64,000 nt of DNA from Squalus acanthias (Eukaryota). The stretch covers positions 65,536,001 through 65,600,000 of the forward strand of contig CM059438.1 of the NCBI GenBank assembly GCA_030390025.1, in the 5' to 3' direction. Shown piece by piece: positions 24,001 to 37,355 of the stretch. The notes beneath the pieces were generated by a model. That model saw only the letters and a program-made list of their open reading frames with translations, did no database searches and was not told where the DNA came from. Numbering within the stretch: position 1 is the stretch's first letter; every line of letters begins with the position of its first letter. The translations under genes and the position numbers were made by a program.

Positions 24001-25435
24001 AGAACATAAGAAATAGGAGCAGGAGTAGGCCATTCGGCCCCTCGAGCCTGCCCTGCCATTCAATAAGATCATGGCTAATCTGATCTTGGCCTCAACGCCA
24101 CTTTCCTGCCCGCTCCCCATAACCCTTGACTCCCCTGTAGTTCAAAGATATGTTTATCTCCGCCTTGAATATATTCAATGATTCCGCCTCCACAGCTCTT
24201 TGGGGTAGAGAATTCCAAAGATTCACAACCCTCTGAGAGAAGAAATTCCTCCTCATCTCTGTCTTAAATGCGCGACCCCTTATCCTGAAACTGTGCCCCT
24301 AGTTCTAGATTCCCCCACGAGGGGAAACATCCTCCCTGCATCTACCCTGTCAAGCCCCCTCAGAATCTTATATGTTTCAATAAGATCACCTCTCATTCTT
24401 CTAAACTCCATGAGTATAGGCCAGCCTGCTCAACCTTTCTTCATAAGACAACCCCTTCATCTCAGGAATTAAGCTAGTGAACCTTCTCTCAACTGCCTCC
24501 AATGCAAGTATATCCCTCTTTAAATAAGGAGACCAAAACTGCACGCAGTACTCCAGGTGTGGTCTCACCAGCACCCTGCACAGAGCAGCAAGACTTCCCT
24601 ACTTTTATACTCCATCCCCCTTGCAATAAAGGCCAACATTCCATTTGTCTTCCTAATTACTTGCTGTACCTGCATGCTAACTTTTTGTGTTTCATGTACG
24701 AGGACCCCCAGATCCCTCTGTACCGCAGCATTATGTAGTCTCTCTCCATTTAAATAATAATTTGCTTTTTTATTTTTCCTACCAAAGTGGATAACCTCAC
24801 ATTTTCCCACATTATGCTCTATCTGCCAAATTTTTGCCCACTCACTTAACCTATCTATATCCCTTTGCAGACTCTTTGTTTCCTCCTCACAACATGCTTT
24901 CACACCTATCTTTGTATCTTTAGCAAATTTGGCTACAGTACACACGGTCCCTTCATCCAAGTCATTAATATAGATTGTAAATAGTTGAGGCCCCAGCACT
25001 GATCCCTGTGGCACCCCACTAGTTACAGTTTGCCAACCGGAAAATGACCCACTTATCCTGACTCTCTGTTTCCTGTTAGTTAGCCAATCCTCTATCCATG
25101 CTAATATATTACCCCCAACCCTGTGAGCTCTTATCTTGTGCAGTAACCTTTTATGTGGCACCTTATCAAATGCCTTCTGGAAATCCAAATACACTACATC
25201 TACTGGTTCCCCTTTATCCACCCTGCTTGTTACATCCTCAAAGAACTCTAGTAAATTTGTCAAACACGATTTCCCTTTCATAAAACCATGTTGACTCTGC
25301 TTGATTGTATTATGATTTTCTAAATGTCCTACTATTACTTCCTTAATAATGGATTCCAGCATTTTCCCAATGACAGATGTTAGACTAACTGGCTTATAGT
25401 TTCCTGCTTTTTGCCTCCCTCCTTTCTTGAATTGG
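24001..25435 (-). mobile_element. 5'-truncated CR1 LINE (RT region)
   Basis: ORF 24565-25362 with RT motifs and 3' end AGAACATAAGAAATAGGAGC. Close paralog of 14046-15480. Confidence 0.93.
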
Positions 25436-25590
25436 GAAACATAAGACTCTCTTTAAGTTGATGTTGCCTCGACGATTGATTTAGGGATGGGGTTTATGGT
25501 TGTAGTTAGTCATAAATTATACAGACTCCTTTTAACGAGAAATCACACCTTATTCAAACCTATTTTTTGCTTAATAACATAGTAAATAAT

Positions 25591-26332
25591 GGCCCAGAAA
25601 TTGATCTCGCTCTGTTCCCGCGGGGTAAGGCTTCCCCGCGATCTCTCACCTCGCTTGTGCTTTTTCAGATCCAGCTCGCACGAACTTGATGTTCCAGACA
25701 TCAGCTGGGCAGTGCTTGCGTATCCCAGCGGCGTAGTGAATTCGTGCGAGCTGTGGGATCACGTGACTCAGTTAGAGCCAATGGCAGCACACCATCTTCC
25801 ATTCATAAGTTTCACATATGTGCTGTGAAATCTATGAATCTTACACCCCCCCAAAATAACAGCTAAACCTCAATTAAATTTAAAAAAAAAACATCACATT
25901 AATAAAATAAGTATAGTTAATTAAATTAACCATTTTAAATAAAAAATTAAATTTTTGAAAAAATTTAAAATCTTTTAAAAAGTTATAAAAATAAACTTAC
26001 CTGTCTTTAAAGTCTCTAAAAAAGATATACCTGTTAAAAAAAATTCAAAAAAATACTTAATTCACTACTTACCTTCTTAAAAGTGGGTCTTACTCCTCCT
26101 TTTTCCATTTCTAAAATCTTCAGTACTTACCTGCGCGTCCAAAGCATGAAGTGCACAGCGTGCGCGCAGCCTGTAGCGCGCACGCGATGCACCGAGGAAC
26201 CGCCCCCTTTTCAAAAGAGCAATTGCCGGTTTTCAGCGCATGCGCAGGGCATGCAGAAAACTGGCAATTGGAGTGGGAATACGCGAGAGTACGCAGTGCG
26301 TACTCTCGCGTCGCGGGATCAATTTCTGGGCC
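25591..26332 (-). mobile_element. MITE family A, copy 2 (inverted)
   Basis: TIRs GGCCCAGAAATTGATC / GATCAATTTCTGGGCC and TSD AAT. Confidence 0.88.
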
Positions 26333-27544
26333 AATGGGTATAATGCTAAATGTGACCCTGTTGTCTAACTGTTTTTACAAAAGATGTTGTGCATTCTGAG
26401 TTTAAATCACTGGTGAACTGTTTTCTAAAACAATATTTTTACTGCTTAACGATCAATTGTTTAAAATATTTTTTTTAAACTACAATATGTGCATATTCAC
26501 TGGTACTAAAATTACCACAGTTATGTCTGGGTTTTGCTGCCTTTTATGTACTGAAGTAATTCAGGGTTGGGGATTGGGGCTGTTCCTTTAAGAAACTATT
26601 TTGACTCTACAGAGATTCAGTTATTAGATTATAATTTAGATGCAACTGATTGAAGGAAACAAACATGAAGATGTTAATTTGCTTACGATCTAATGATGTT
26701 ATCTGCCTCAAATAATTTCACATGGTAGAAATTACAATTCAAGTAATGCTATATTTCACATGGTACCAGAACTTGTATTACATTTCAGCAATGGATCTTT
26801 CTCAAGCAATAAATTAGTATTTGGAAACATCTGCTTTCAGCAGTGGTGATTTGCAACAATTATAAATTATAAAGTTAACAGCACAACTTTTACAAGCTCC
26901 AATGGAAAGTATGGGCTACATATAGTGACACCACTATTCCCGGCCAGAATGGAGATCATTGGGTAATTCCCCCATCAATCACGCCTGGAGACCGCACTGC
27001 TGTAAATGACTGGGATTGATTTTATGCACATAATTTGTATTATGTAACCTTCCTCCACCCACTGTGTTTTGCTGGAGAAATAACCCTACTTTTACCAGGA
27101 GAAGTGGCGGCAGTTTCGGTCATGAGTTTTTCTTTTTAAATAGACTCCGTAGACTGTTTGCTACAGTGCACTGTTTAAACAGACTCTGTTTGCTGAGTAA
27201 AAAAACTTTGTTTGAGTCCTGCCTCAAGTCCCACCCCGCCTCCAACTCTAGCTGACATGGTGCAACTCAAAGACTGATGCAGTGGTGTCATTAGACTCTC
27301 TGCAAAGAATGGACACAATGGGAGAAATGGCCCATTCATGTTCTACATTTGCTTATCTAAATGTGCATGGTAGGATACTGGACTAGGAACCCAGAGGTTA
27401 AACCTGGCCATGATAAGTTGTGAAATTGAATTCTATAAATCTGGTAACTTCTGAAAGCTGCCAGACTGTCATTAAAAAAGCCAGCTGGTTCACTACAACT
27501 GGTTGACTCCTAATACCCTGTGAAGTGGCCTAGCAACCCACTTC

Positions 27545-27815
27545 AAGAGCCATCTTGGCCCAATGGTAGTAATCCGGTTCTCAGTCAGAAAGTTGCGGGT
27601 TCAAGTCGCACTCCAGAACTAAAGCACGTTATCTTGGTTGACACTTAAGGAAATGGTACGTTGTCGGCGGTGATGTCTTTTAGATGAGATGTTACTCCGA
27701 GGCCCCATCTGCCTATTCAGATGAACGTAAAAGATCCCGTGGCATTATTTAAAGAACAGGAAAGTCCTTTGACGTCCTGCCCAATTTATTGGTCAATTAA
27801 GATCACCAAAAACTG
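27545..27815 (+). mobile_element. Deu-domain SINE, decayed and 3'-truncated
   Basis: GGTTCAAGTC B-box and TTAGATGAGATGTTA...GAGGCCCCATCTGCC core. Confidence 0.7.
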
Positions 27816-28769
27816 ATACATACAGTGTACTCAGGTGAGTTTCTTTGCAAATTCTGCACAACAGTAGTAGTTTGGACAATCATGCAGGTTAATTTGACCA
27901 TTGCAGGTTAAATTAAGTCTCTGCTTCATTTTAATAATTGCTTTAACTAGTTTAGCCAGAAAGAAATGAGGCCCTTGTCCCATGTAAGTTAACAGCCAGT
28001 AGCACAGTCGACCAAATGGCAATATCATTTAAACCTTTCAAGTAGCTGAGAGACTTCAAATTCCCTCTACAGTTAGTTACTCATGATAAATTCAGTCTGC
28101 TTTTGCTTCAACTTATTTTTGCATGAACAAATATTTTATTGGCAGTCTTTCTTCTTTAACAGTTACTCATTCATTTTTCAGAGTTATATTGCATTGTCAT
28201 TATTGTCAATTTTATTTTGTATTCACATTATACTTTTCGGCATAAATGCACTGCATCATTTACTTGTCATAGAAGTGATATGGAGGTGTTTTGCAGTATG
28301 TATAAATGGATAGCATAATCAGACTCTGTGAAGTGCACCAACAGTCACAGCCAAGAGTGTGTGAATCATTTGCCAATGATTTTATTGCATGGTTCATTCT
28401 GAATATCCAAGAATCAAAAAAGGAGCATCACACCGGAGATCAACCTTGTTATACTTAGCCCCTGTGACGAAAATTCAACCGAAAGAAAGACTCGGGCGTC
28501 CATTATCAAGGCCATTTTGAGTTACATGACAACTGCAAGAATGTGGTCCAATCTAGACTGCTTCATATTTCTATGTGCCCATCCCACCTGAAAACCAAGA
28601 GCTGCGCAAGTCAAGAGAGACATAACCACCGCCCCCTCTTTCTAACACAAATTTTCTTCTGCCATGGCACAGGGGGGTCAAAGTGCAGAGGGACACGGTA
28701 TCTCTTGTTTACATGTTGAAGATTTTCATTGTTTTACCGATGCAGTAACAGGGCATTCAAATTCATTTC

Positions 28770-30910
28770 ACTCCAAGGGGGCGATGCGAGATACGCCCGC
28801 GCCTGTTCAGAAAGCGCAGGTAGCATGTCAATTTGGTGCTGCCTGCTAATTAACATGACAGGTACGCACAGCCTAGCGAGGAACCCACCTTTGACAGGCT
28901 GTGCGCTCAGCAGGGGGCTGAAGTTCGGGTTATTGGAACGAGGCTAGCTTTACTTAAAGCTAGCCTGCTCCTCTTCAAGGCAGTCTTCAGCTATTAAAGG
29001 TGCGCTGCCTGCTGCACGTTAAAAAAATTAAAAATCCTTCAACACTAGGCAGTCTGCAGCTCTTAAAGCTAAGCTGCCTTCTGTACATAATAATTGCTAA
29101 AAGTGCTTCAGCACTATCACAAATGGCTCAACAGGCCAGAGTAAGGGCACCCAGGGTCTCGAACGCAGCACTCCAGCTATGTGCAGGGGGTCAACACTGG
29201 AAGAGAGGTCTACTACCCACAGGGTGCCAGGAGACCCTCCAGAAAGAAGGATGTGGGACCAGATCCCAAAGGTGGTCACTTCCAGTAGTCTCGCCCTCAG
29301 GACCTGGCTCCAGTGCCCAAAAAAGTTTCATGACCTCAGACGAGTGGTCAAGGTCAGTGAATGTATCTTCAAATGCCGTCACCTACCAACTGCACCACTA
29401 GCCTCACATACTGCTCAATGCACGACCCACCTCCCGTCACTCACCTACCAACAATCTCTACCAAACATGAGGCACACCTCACAATGCTAGCTTCACCTCC
29501 CCCCCCTCGGAGGAGATGGTGCTGGCCATTCTTGGCAGGGGCATGACTGAGCTCTTGGCCAGCAGCGGGGCTGAGAGAATACTAGATACCAGTATCCTCA
29601 TATATTATCCTTCTTCTCACATCCCACTTCTCCTTCATCCCACAATCTCTTCTGATTTAAAAGCTACACGTGGTGTAAGCATACACTTCTTGCTTTACCC
29701 CCTCCGCTCACCCCAACCCTACCTTTGTGCCTTTCTAATTTCAGACACCCAAGAAATCCAGTCTGCCCAGCCAATGGTTGACCAAGAAGAGGGAGAGAAG
29801 AGTGAAGAAGAGGAAGAAGAAGAAGAAGAAACACCGTCGCTCTATTTCACACTCCCAGCCACCATCTCCTCAAGGTCGTCCTACAAGGCCATCTGCAGTG
29901 TCCCCCATTAAAATCAACAGCCTTTCACCAGCCATGCTGCAGCCACTGGGGTAGCACTGCATAACATCACTAGGATAAGAAAAGACACACACAAGACAGT
30001 CACTAAGGGAATGGACAAGGGTGATAAGTTGATTTTTTTTACATAATATTGGATGCATATATGGATAAAGTTGGATTGGAAAGTTTGCTTTGTGGTAGCT
30101 TTTATTTCAGCATTAGGGCCAAGAGGACACTGTGATGGTCAGTAACAGAGGGAAGGTAAGGTGTGGGACAAATATTGAAAGGAGAATTAGGGTTGTGTTC
30201 ACTGGTACCGTAGGCAGATGATTCGATCCTGGATATCCCGGCCAGACAGAGGCTGCCTGGGTTGCCTCGTTCCTTCTGCTTTTTCTCTTCTGCTTTTTCC
30301 TCTTCTGCTTCATCCCCCCTCTGCGAGCAGATTGTCTCCTTTGCTGCCTCTGCTCCATCTCCATCCGATGCTGCAGCCCAAGGGGGACTACACCTAGAGC
30401 CCCCAGGACTGGGAGCATGTGGTCTTCTCAGAGGCTTTTCTTTAAGAGCCAAAGCCTTGCAAACATCCAGCAGCACTCCCTGCACACTTTAACAACTTTT
30501 TAAATGTATTGCAACAAGCCACTACTCTAATAAAATGTAAAAAAAAAAGTCCAAAAGCAAGAATCTAAACTTATCTGACAGTTGTCTGTGTCCCTTTAAG
30601 AAGCACTGTCAGCATTTCTGTTGTACTGCTGCACTCCCGTTCTTCCATGCGTGGTTTGGAGAGGGCGGTATCAAGAGCGACGACGTCGAAAATCACAGAT
30701 CGGCATCAATTCAGGTGTTGCGCGCTGATTGATGCCACGATCTGCAGCATATAACTATGCAGAGCGCAGGCAACGGCAGTGCTGCCAACCTGCCCAAAAT
30801 GGCGGCCGCCGCGTTCCGCATCGGAAGCAGGTGGAAGCGAGGCGGCCACCATTTTTTCAGCAAAACCGGCATAAATGGCCGGTGCTAAAGCTCCCAATTT
30901 CACGGGCCAT
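28770..30910 (+). mobile_element. Internally deleted Harbinger element (decayed Myb/SANT gene on +, transposase 5' remnant on -)
   Basis: MAQQARVRAPRVS...MWDQIPKVV...RTWLQCPKKFHDLRRVVK from 29123, acidic exon at ~29745-29870, right end AATTTCACGGGCC. Left end not resolved. Confidence 0.7.
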
Positions 30911-31634
30911 GTCTCTTGCATCTGATTTGGAGAAAATACTTACCCATTTGAGTTTGGTATAAAGCCAAGTCCCAGAAGTGATAAGACAAGATTCAAACCC
31001 ATTGTGCATCCCATTTCTTACATTATTCATTCTGGGCTGCGGCAAACTTCTTGCTTGTAATGTGGTACTGACTTTCTTTCAGTATCTGGGCTAAAAGGAT
31101 TACATTTTAAAAACCGGTTGTATAGACTGGGGGGGGAAAATTCAGCTGGTTAGTGCCTCCAGTTAGCACCTGGCATGGCGCTAATGGCGTGCTGATGCAG
31201 TAGCACCGGGGTGAGGTGAATCCAGCGATGCACGCCAAACCCCCCCTCCCCCCCCAGCACCGCCGCTACAAGTTATTGCCTGGGACCTCCGCGCCAGGCA
31301 GATCATGACATCAGTGAGGGAGAACACTCACTGGGCGCCCGATCTGCAAAATTCATTGTCGCCCCCTGCCTTAGTGCCGCGTCCCAACAGCATCATGGAG
31401 ATGAGGCGTCAAGCAGGCGGATGCCGGCTCCAGGGGCGCTACTTAAAGGGATCATGAGTAATGAGTCGGAGTTGTCATGTTAGTGCTGTTTCACTGCCTC
31501 CTTGTCAGTTTGACATTGTGCAACAGTTTAATTCAATCATTTAAAGGTTGTTTAGTATCAGGAGTGTTGTGGCTACTAACAATTAGTTACATTTATTCTC
31601 ACAACATATCAAAGTGCTCCACTTCATTACATTA

Positions 31635-32769
31635 ATGGAGGCTGTACTGGCAGTCGACCTCGCCCTCCAGGATCTACAGCGGAGGGAGTGGAGGCAGCGA
31701 GTAAGATTGGAACATGTGGCCAGAGAGAGGAGAAGGGCCATGAGGACTCTCAACAGGAGGCCTTACCCTCCAAGGGTATTCCGAGAACACTTCTCCTACC
31801 TCTAATTAAGCGAGGAGCAGTGTATTAGAAGGCTCTGCTTCAGCAAGGAGGTGGTCACAGAACTGTGCCACCTCCTGCAACCAGACATCGAGCCTCAGAT
31901 CAGGGCGACCATGGCTCTCTCAGTGGCAGTCAAAGTCACCGTCGCACTCAATTTCTTCGCCAGCAGATCCTTCCAGTCTGCAACAGGAGATAGAGCTAAC
32001 ATCTCACAGTTCGCCATCCATCGCGGCATCCGGGATGTCACAGTAGGAGAAGGGACTTCATTTCCTTCCCCATCAGCAGAGAGAAGCAGGATGAACGTGC
32101 ATATGGCTTTGCCAGGATAGCGGGCTTCCCCATGGTGCAGGGCACCATTGACTGCACCCACATGGCTTAGCGGGCACTGCAAAACAATCCTGAGATCTTC
32201 CATAACCGTAAAGGCTACCACTCATTTAATGTGCAATTGGTTTGCGACCACAGACAGCAAATCATCAATGTGAATGCCCACTATCCTGGCAGCAGCCACA
32301 ATCCCTTCATCCTGCGCCACCACTCTTCCAGCCACCACATCAAGCTCACCGCTGGCTGGTCGGAAACCAGGCCTATCTGCTCTCCACCTGGCTCATGACT
32401 CCCCTCCGCAACCCCAACACTCCTGCCCAGCACTCATATAATGACAGCCATGCCACCACCAGGAACATCATTGAGCAGACCATCGGGGTGCTCAAGCAAT
32501 GGTTCCACTGCCTTGACCGCTAGGGAGGAGCCCTCCAGTACTCAGCTGAGTGGGTGTCCCAATTTATCATGGTCTGCGGCACGCTCCACAACTTGGCCAT
32601 CCTGAGGGCCCAGCCCTTGCCACCAGGGATTGCGGGACCACCTCAGGAGGAGGAAGAGGGAGAGGAGGAGGAGGATGAGGAGGAACAGGAGCGAGGGAGG
32701 AGGCGGCCACTCAATCGGCCTTCCAGAAGGGCCGTCCGTGACCGCCTCATCAGACTGCGGTTCCAATAA
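31635..32769 (+). pseudogene. Harbinger (HARBI1-like) DDE transposase, disrupted
   Basis: RRPYPPRVFR, VTVALNFFA, GTIDCTH, NVQLVCD, RNIIEQTIG and LHNLA, with several stops and frameshifts. Confidence 0.9.
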
Positions 32770-32932
32770 ATTAAACCCCAGATCCCCGTTGCTCACCACA
32801 TCCCCATCATTTCATCCCTGTCGCAGACCATATCACAGCACAAAGCTGAAATGAGACACCACAGAAGAATCCAAACTGAATTAATAAACTTATCAATAAT
32901 CAGTGAACACGTATTTACAACAACAATACTAT

Positions 32933-35754
32933 CTATTCACCCTTGTGCAATCCCTTAGTGCCTCGCGTTACTGTGCCTTTGCCTACTCCAGTGCTCCTAT
33001 GAAGTTTTGGCCCAGTGGCTGCAGCATAGTTGGTGGAAGGCTGCTCAGACTTCAGATGGCCTTGCAGGACGCCCTTGACAAGCTCTGGCTGTAGACTGCA
33101 CCACCTCAGCATAGGCGGCAGCAGTCTGGGATGGCTGGATGACAGGGGCAATGGCAGGAGCAGGAATGCTGTCATCCTGAGAGAGGACAGCAGCTTCCTG
33201 CTCCACTGACCCACTGGCCACTCCCCCGGGGCAGCACCTCAACATCCTTAGCTATCTGTTGCAGCACAGATTGCTGGCCTGCTGCAATACTGTGAAAGCC
33301 CCGGTCAATGGTGGTAGATGCAGCCACGATGGCAGCAGTCAGAGCTTGCTTGGAATCAAGCTGAGACTGCATGAGAGCAGTCTGAGATTGGATGCCACCA
33401 AGCATAGACTGCATTACAGCATGAAGACGTTGCGTTGCTTCCGCCTGTGCTGCAATGGAAGCTGCCAGATCGCCCATCACACACGGCATCAAGTCTGGTT
33501 CGCCACGGTCTCTCTGGGAGTCTACCATCCTTTGCAGACTGGAAATGATGGGCTCCATGGTGTGCACAGAGCTCTGTGCAATGTTGGAGGCAAACTCCTC
33601 CACACTCCTTACAATTGCCGAGAAGCTTTTGGGCACCCTTGCCATTGCACCTATCATCTCCGTGTGCATGCCCATCACCCTTCTTCTAAAGGCCTCCCCA
33701 TCGTGGTCCTCATCTGAGTCCTGTGAAGCAGAACACGTGCGCGAACTCGCCCTCCGGAGAGCTGGCTCCCGAGCTCCCCTTTCCCCCTGACCTTGCTTCA
33801 GCCCGCTCGTCCCGGGTGCATCACCCTGTGCAGATCCTGCTACTCCACTAGTTTCTAAAGAATGCGTTGTGCCAGTTTCTGAGCTGGTGCCTGCGGGTGA
33901 GACATGCAGTGACGCGGTGTGTTCTTCCTCCTCCTCTTCTTCCACATAGCTCTCTATGGTACCCTCAGGAACAGGCTGCTCAGCTGCTTGCTCATTATCT
34001 GAAAGCATCTAGGCACAAGAGTCGGGTTAAGGTGAGGGGAGGGGGGCAGGAAGGGAGAAATGTGTGCATACAGCATGATTAGCTGGAAAGTGCGAAACAC
34101 TTGTGGGTGAGGGAGAAGTGGGATGTGAGAAGAAGGAGTAAGGATGAACATACCGTTGTTGTCCCCCAGGGGGTCAACGTTGCCGGTGGCCACGGCGCCC
34201 ACCACCTGGCGCCTAATATTCTGCAGCACTCGAGTCTCCACCTCAGACAGTGGTTGGGTGTCGGCTTGTCCCCCGCCTGTGCGCTCCTGCTCCCTCTTGT
34301 TGTGAGCCACCTTGGCCTGCAAGAGAAAGGAAAGTATGTGAGCGAGTGTGGAGCAATGTGTTTGGGTGATGTGCCTGGTATAGTTGAATAACTGTGATCG
34401 TGTGCAAGGTGTGAGATGTGGGTGTGAGTGTTGGTAGGTAAAGATTGTTGGTGGCTGAGTGCTGGGGGTGTGGTGCTTTGGGCAGTGTGTGCAGACTGTG
34501 GTTCAGATGGTGGTATGTAGCATTTGTTGAAGCACTCACTCACCCTGACCATCCAAGTGAGCTTCTTAAATTTCTTCCTGCACTGTGTGTGGGTCTTGGG
34601 GACCACAGTGCTGCCTGAGACATAGAATCACAGAATAGTTACAGTACGGAAGAAGGCCATTTGACCCGTCGAGACCGTGCCGACTCTCAGCTAGCCCCAC
34701 TCCCCCGCCCTTTCCCCGTAGCGCTGCAAATTTTTTTCCTTCAGATACTTATCCAACTCCCTTTTGAAAGATAAGATTGAGTCTACCTCCACCACCCTTT
34801 CAGGCAGTGCATTCCAGATCTTAACCACTCGCTGCGTAAAAAAGTTTTTTCTTACATCGCCTTTGGTTCTTTGCCAATCACCTTAAATCTGTGAACTCTG
34901 GTTCTCGACCCTTCTGCCAATGGGAACAGTTTCTCTCTATCTACACTGTCCAGACCCCTCATGATTTTCATCACCTCTATCAAATCTCCTCTCAATCTTC
35001 TCTGTTCCTAGGAGAACAACCCCAGCTTCTCCAGTCTATCAACGTAACTGAAGTCCCTCATTCCTGGAATCATTCTCGTAGATCTTTTCTGCACCTTCTC
35101 TAAGGCCTTCACATCCTTCCTAAAGTGTGGTGCCCAGAATTGGACACAGTACTCAAGTTGAGGCCGAACCAGTGTTTTATCCAGGTTTATCATAATTTCC
35201 ACACTTTTGTACTCTATACCTCTATTTATGAAGCCCAGAATCCCATAAGCCTTTTTAACTGCTTTCTTAACCTACCCTGCCACCTTCAATGATTTGTGCA
35301 CACATACCCCCAGGTCTCTCTGTTCGTGCACCCCCTTTAGGATTGTACCCTTTAGTTTATATGTCCTCTCCTCATTCTTTCTGCCAAAATGTATCACTTC
35401 ATACTTTTCTGCTTTAAATTTCATCTGCCTCGTGTCCGCCCATTTCACCAGCCTGTCTATGTCTTCCTGAAGTCTATCATTCTTCTCCTCACTGTTCGCT
35501 ATACTTCCAAATTTTGTGTCATCTGCAAATTTTGAAATTGTGCCCTGTACACCCACGTCCAGGTCATTAATATATATCAAGAAAACATGCTGGGCTACCT
35601 CCCTCCATGTGGTGCAGAAGACTTGCGGCGAGGGCCTCCTGCCACTTGCCCGGTACAGCACCGCCCTCCGTCTTTCCACTGCGAACACCAACGTCTCCAA
35701 TGCATGGTCGCAGAATCTGCGGGCTCTCTCCCTGGGGCTTGGATCTGCCATCAT
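32933..35754 (-). pseudogene. Harbinger Myb/SANT-like (trihelix) DNA-binding protein gene, 3 exons, exon 1 broken by CR1
   Basis: Exon 1 35754-35586 + 34620-34544 (GTGAGT donor), exon 2 34316-34154, exon 3 from 33998 with frameshifts. Motifs RARRF...WREVA...QCRKKF. Confidence 0.85.
34621..35585 (-). mobile_element. 5'-truncated CR1 inserted in Myb exon 1
   Basis: RT motif FLIYINDLD...KFADDTK and [10 protein letters not shown]; 3' tail at 34621; ACAT junction microhomology. Confidence 0.9.
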
Positions 35755-36193
35755 TATGGCTGCTTGAGTCGTCCGGCTCCTTCTCCTTTACCTGTTGCTG
35801 CTGGCTGAGATGGCTGCACAGCCAGCAATGAGGAGAATGAGGTTCTGCAGCATCAATGCATCTCCCCTTTAAGAACTGGAAAGAGCCTGTGGCAATGATG
35901 ACTTGTGATTAGACTGTACCTGATATTGGTCAGCGCTTCTAGTTTAACGACACTGAGCTAGGCCATTAGCGCTTGATTTAACGCTCCAATCCTTTCTTTG
36001 TGCAATGAGACTGAATTTTGCATGCAGTCTGAAGCATTAGCGTCTGGCGCTAACTCTCAAATTTTCAAAAGTTACCGCCCATTCCTGGGCTATAATGAAT
36101 TTCTTCCCCTGGGTTTGTATTCCCTTGATTATAGAAGATTAAGGGCTGACCTAATTGAAGTGTTTAAGATGAGTAAAGGATTTTATAGGGTAG

Positions 36194-36446
36194 ATGATGT
36201 AATGTTTTCCTGACTGACCTGTTTGGACACCATCCACACCTTTGATTGCCGTGATTGTCTCTCTGCCGAGGTGTGATAAAGGGCAGTTAGAAAGATTAAC
36301 TGTAATCATCTGGCAGTGTTCTCTGACTATATATGCTGTGCCTATATGCATCTCTTCACTTCACCTGACGAAGGAGCAGCGCTCCGAAAGCTTGTGATTT
36401 CAAATAAAGCTGTTGGACTATAACCTGGTGTTGTGCGACTTCTCAC
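36194..36446 (+). mobile_element. Penelope-like element terminal fragment with 14-bp TSD
   Basis: Flanked by ATTTTATAGGGTAG (36180-36193 / 36447-36460). Contains a hammerhead motif and AATAAA. Confidence 0.75.
36361..36397 (+). ncRNA. Minimal type I hammerhead ribozyme motif
   Basis: TCAC-CTGACGA-A-GGAGC(AGC)GCTCC-GAAA-GCTT-GTGA: core CUGANGA/GAAA, stem II, palindromic AAGCTT stem III, stem I TCAC/GTGA. Confidence 0.72.
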
Positions 36447-36823
36447 ATTTTATAGGGTAGGTAGAGAGAAACTATTTCCTCAGGTGGGAGAATCCAGAAC
36501 CAGGGAGTTTAACCTTAAAATTAGAGCTAGGCCTTGCGGGGTGATGTCAGAAAACACGTCTTCACACAAAGATTAGTGGAAATCTGGAACTCTCTCTCCC
36601 AAAATGCTATTGAGGCTAGGGGTCCATTGAAAACATCAAAACTGAGATTAATAGATTTTTGCTAGGCAAAGCTATTAAGGGTATGGAACCAAGGCGGGTA
36701 GATGGAGATAAGATACAAATTAGCCATGATCTAATTGTATGATGGAACAGGCTAGAGAGGCTGAATGGCCTACTCCTGTTCCTATGTTCCTAAGTTTATC
36801 TAGGAATATGGATCAAAGGCCGT

Positions 36824-37355
36824 TGTAAGCGGATTTATTCCCATTGTTACTGTAGCAACGTAAGGTTTGTAGTCTTTCAACAATCACTTCTGAGTGGTTT
36901 TAATCAGCAAGCTTCAATATACTGACTAATAACAGTACTGCTCTTATACAACTGTTCTACAGTATTGCATTAAATGACAAGCAACTAATACAACCTGGTT
37001 TCCCCGCGGACTTCAAGTTAATTATGCTTGACTTGCGTGGGCTGTCTTCTAGGCTATGGGTTTCCGACTGTTCCGAGAGCTCTAAGAGCCACTGACCACT
37101 CGTCCTACAATTATACCCAATAAGCCAGGGTCTAATTATGTGCATACTGGCCTTGTCCCTGACTGTATCTTGTTGTTGACCATCTGTTATCTATAAGTGT
37201 TTGGTACTTGCAACTCCAAGATCAGTCTGTTCCCAAGCAATAAACAGCTCAGCTAATACATCAAGAGCCAGCACATCACAAGGACACTTTAACTTGCCGT
37301 ACACTGGCAGGGTCTGATGGGAAAATGGTCAACTAGTAATGGTCAATATTCTAAC
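36824..37355 (-). mobile_element. LTR (3' LTR of a minus-strand LTR retroelement/ERV)
   Basis: TG...CA ends, adjacent polypurine tract (plus strand TTTCCTCCTTC at 37356), ATTAAA-like and TATA-like motifs on the minus strand. Confidence 0.55.

Larger units (their letters stand above)
31131..36109 (+). mobile_element. PIF/Harbinger DNA transposon, two convergent genes, inserted into a CR1 fragment
   Basis: Ends GGGGGGAAAATTC / GAATTTCTTCCCC and TSD TGG. The flanks rejoin as CR1 sequence (TAGACTGG|GTTTGTATTCCC). Confidence 0.88.
36110..36792 (+). mobile_element. CR1 3' fragment (continues from ~31085-31130)
   Basis: YRRLRADLIEVFK, then GGAAATCTGGAACTCTCT and 3' end CCTGTTCCTATGTTCC. Confidence 0.85.

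Noticed and set aside
35272..35754. Apparent Myb-RT fusion ORF
   Set aside because: Chance in-frame junction from the CR1 insertion into Myb exon 1. The RT piece is partial and ends quickly.
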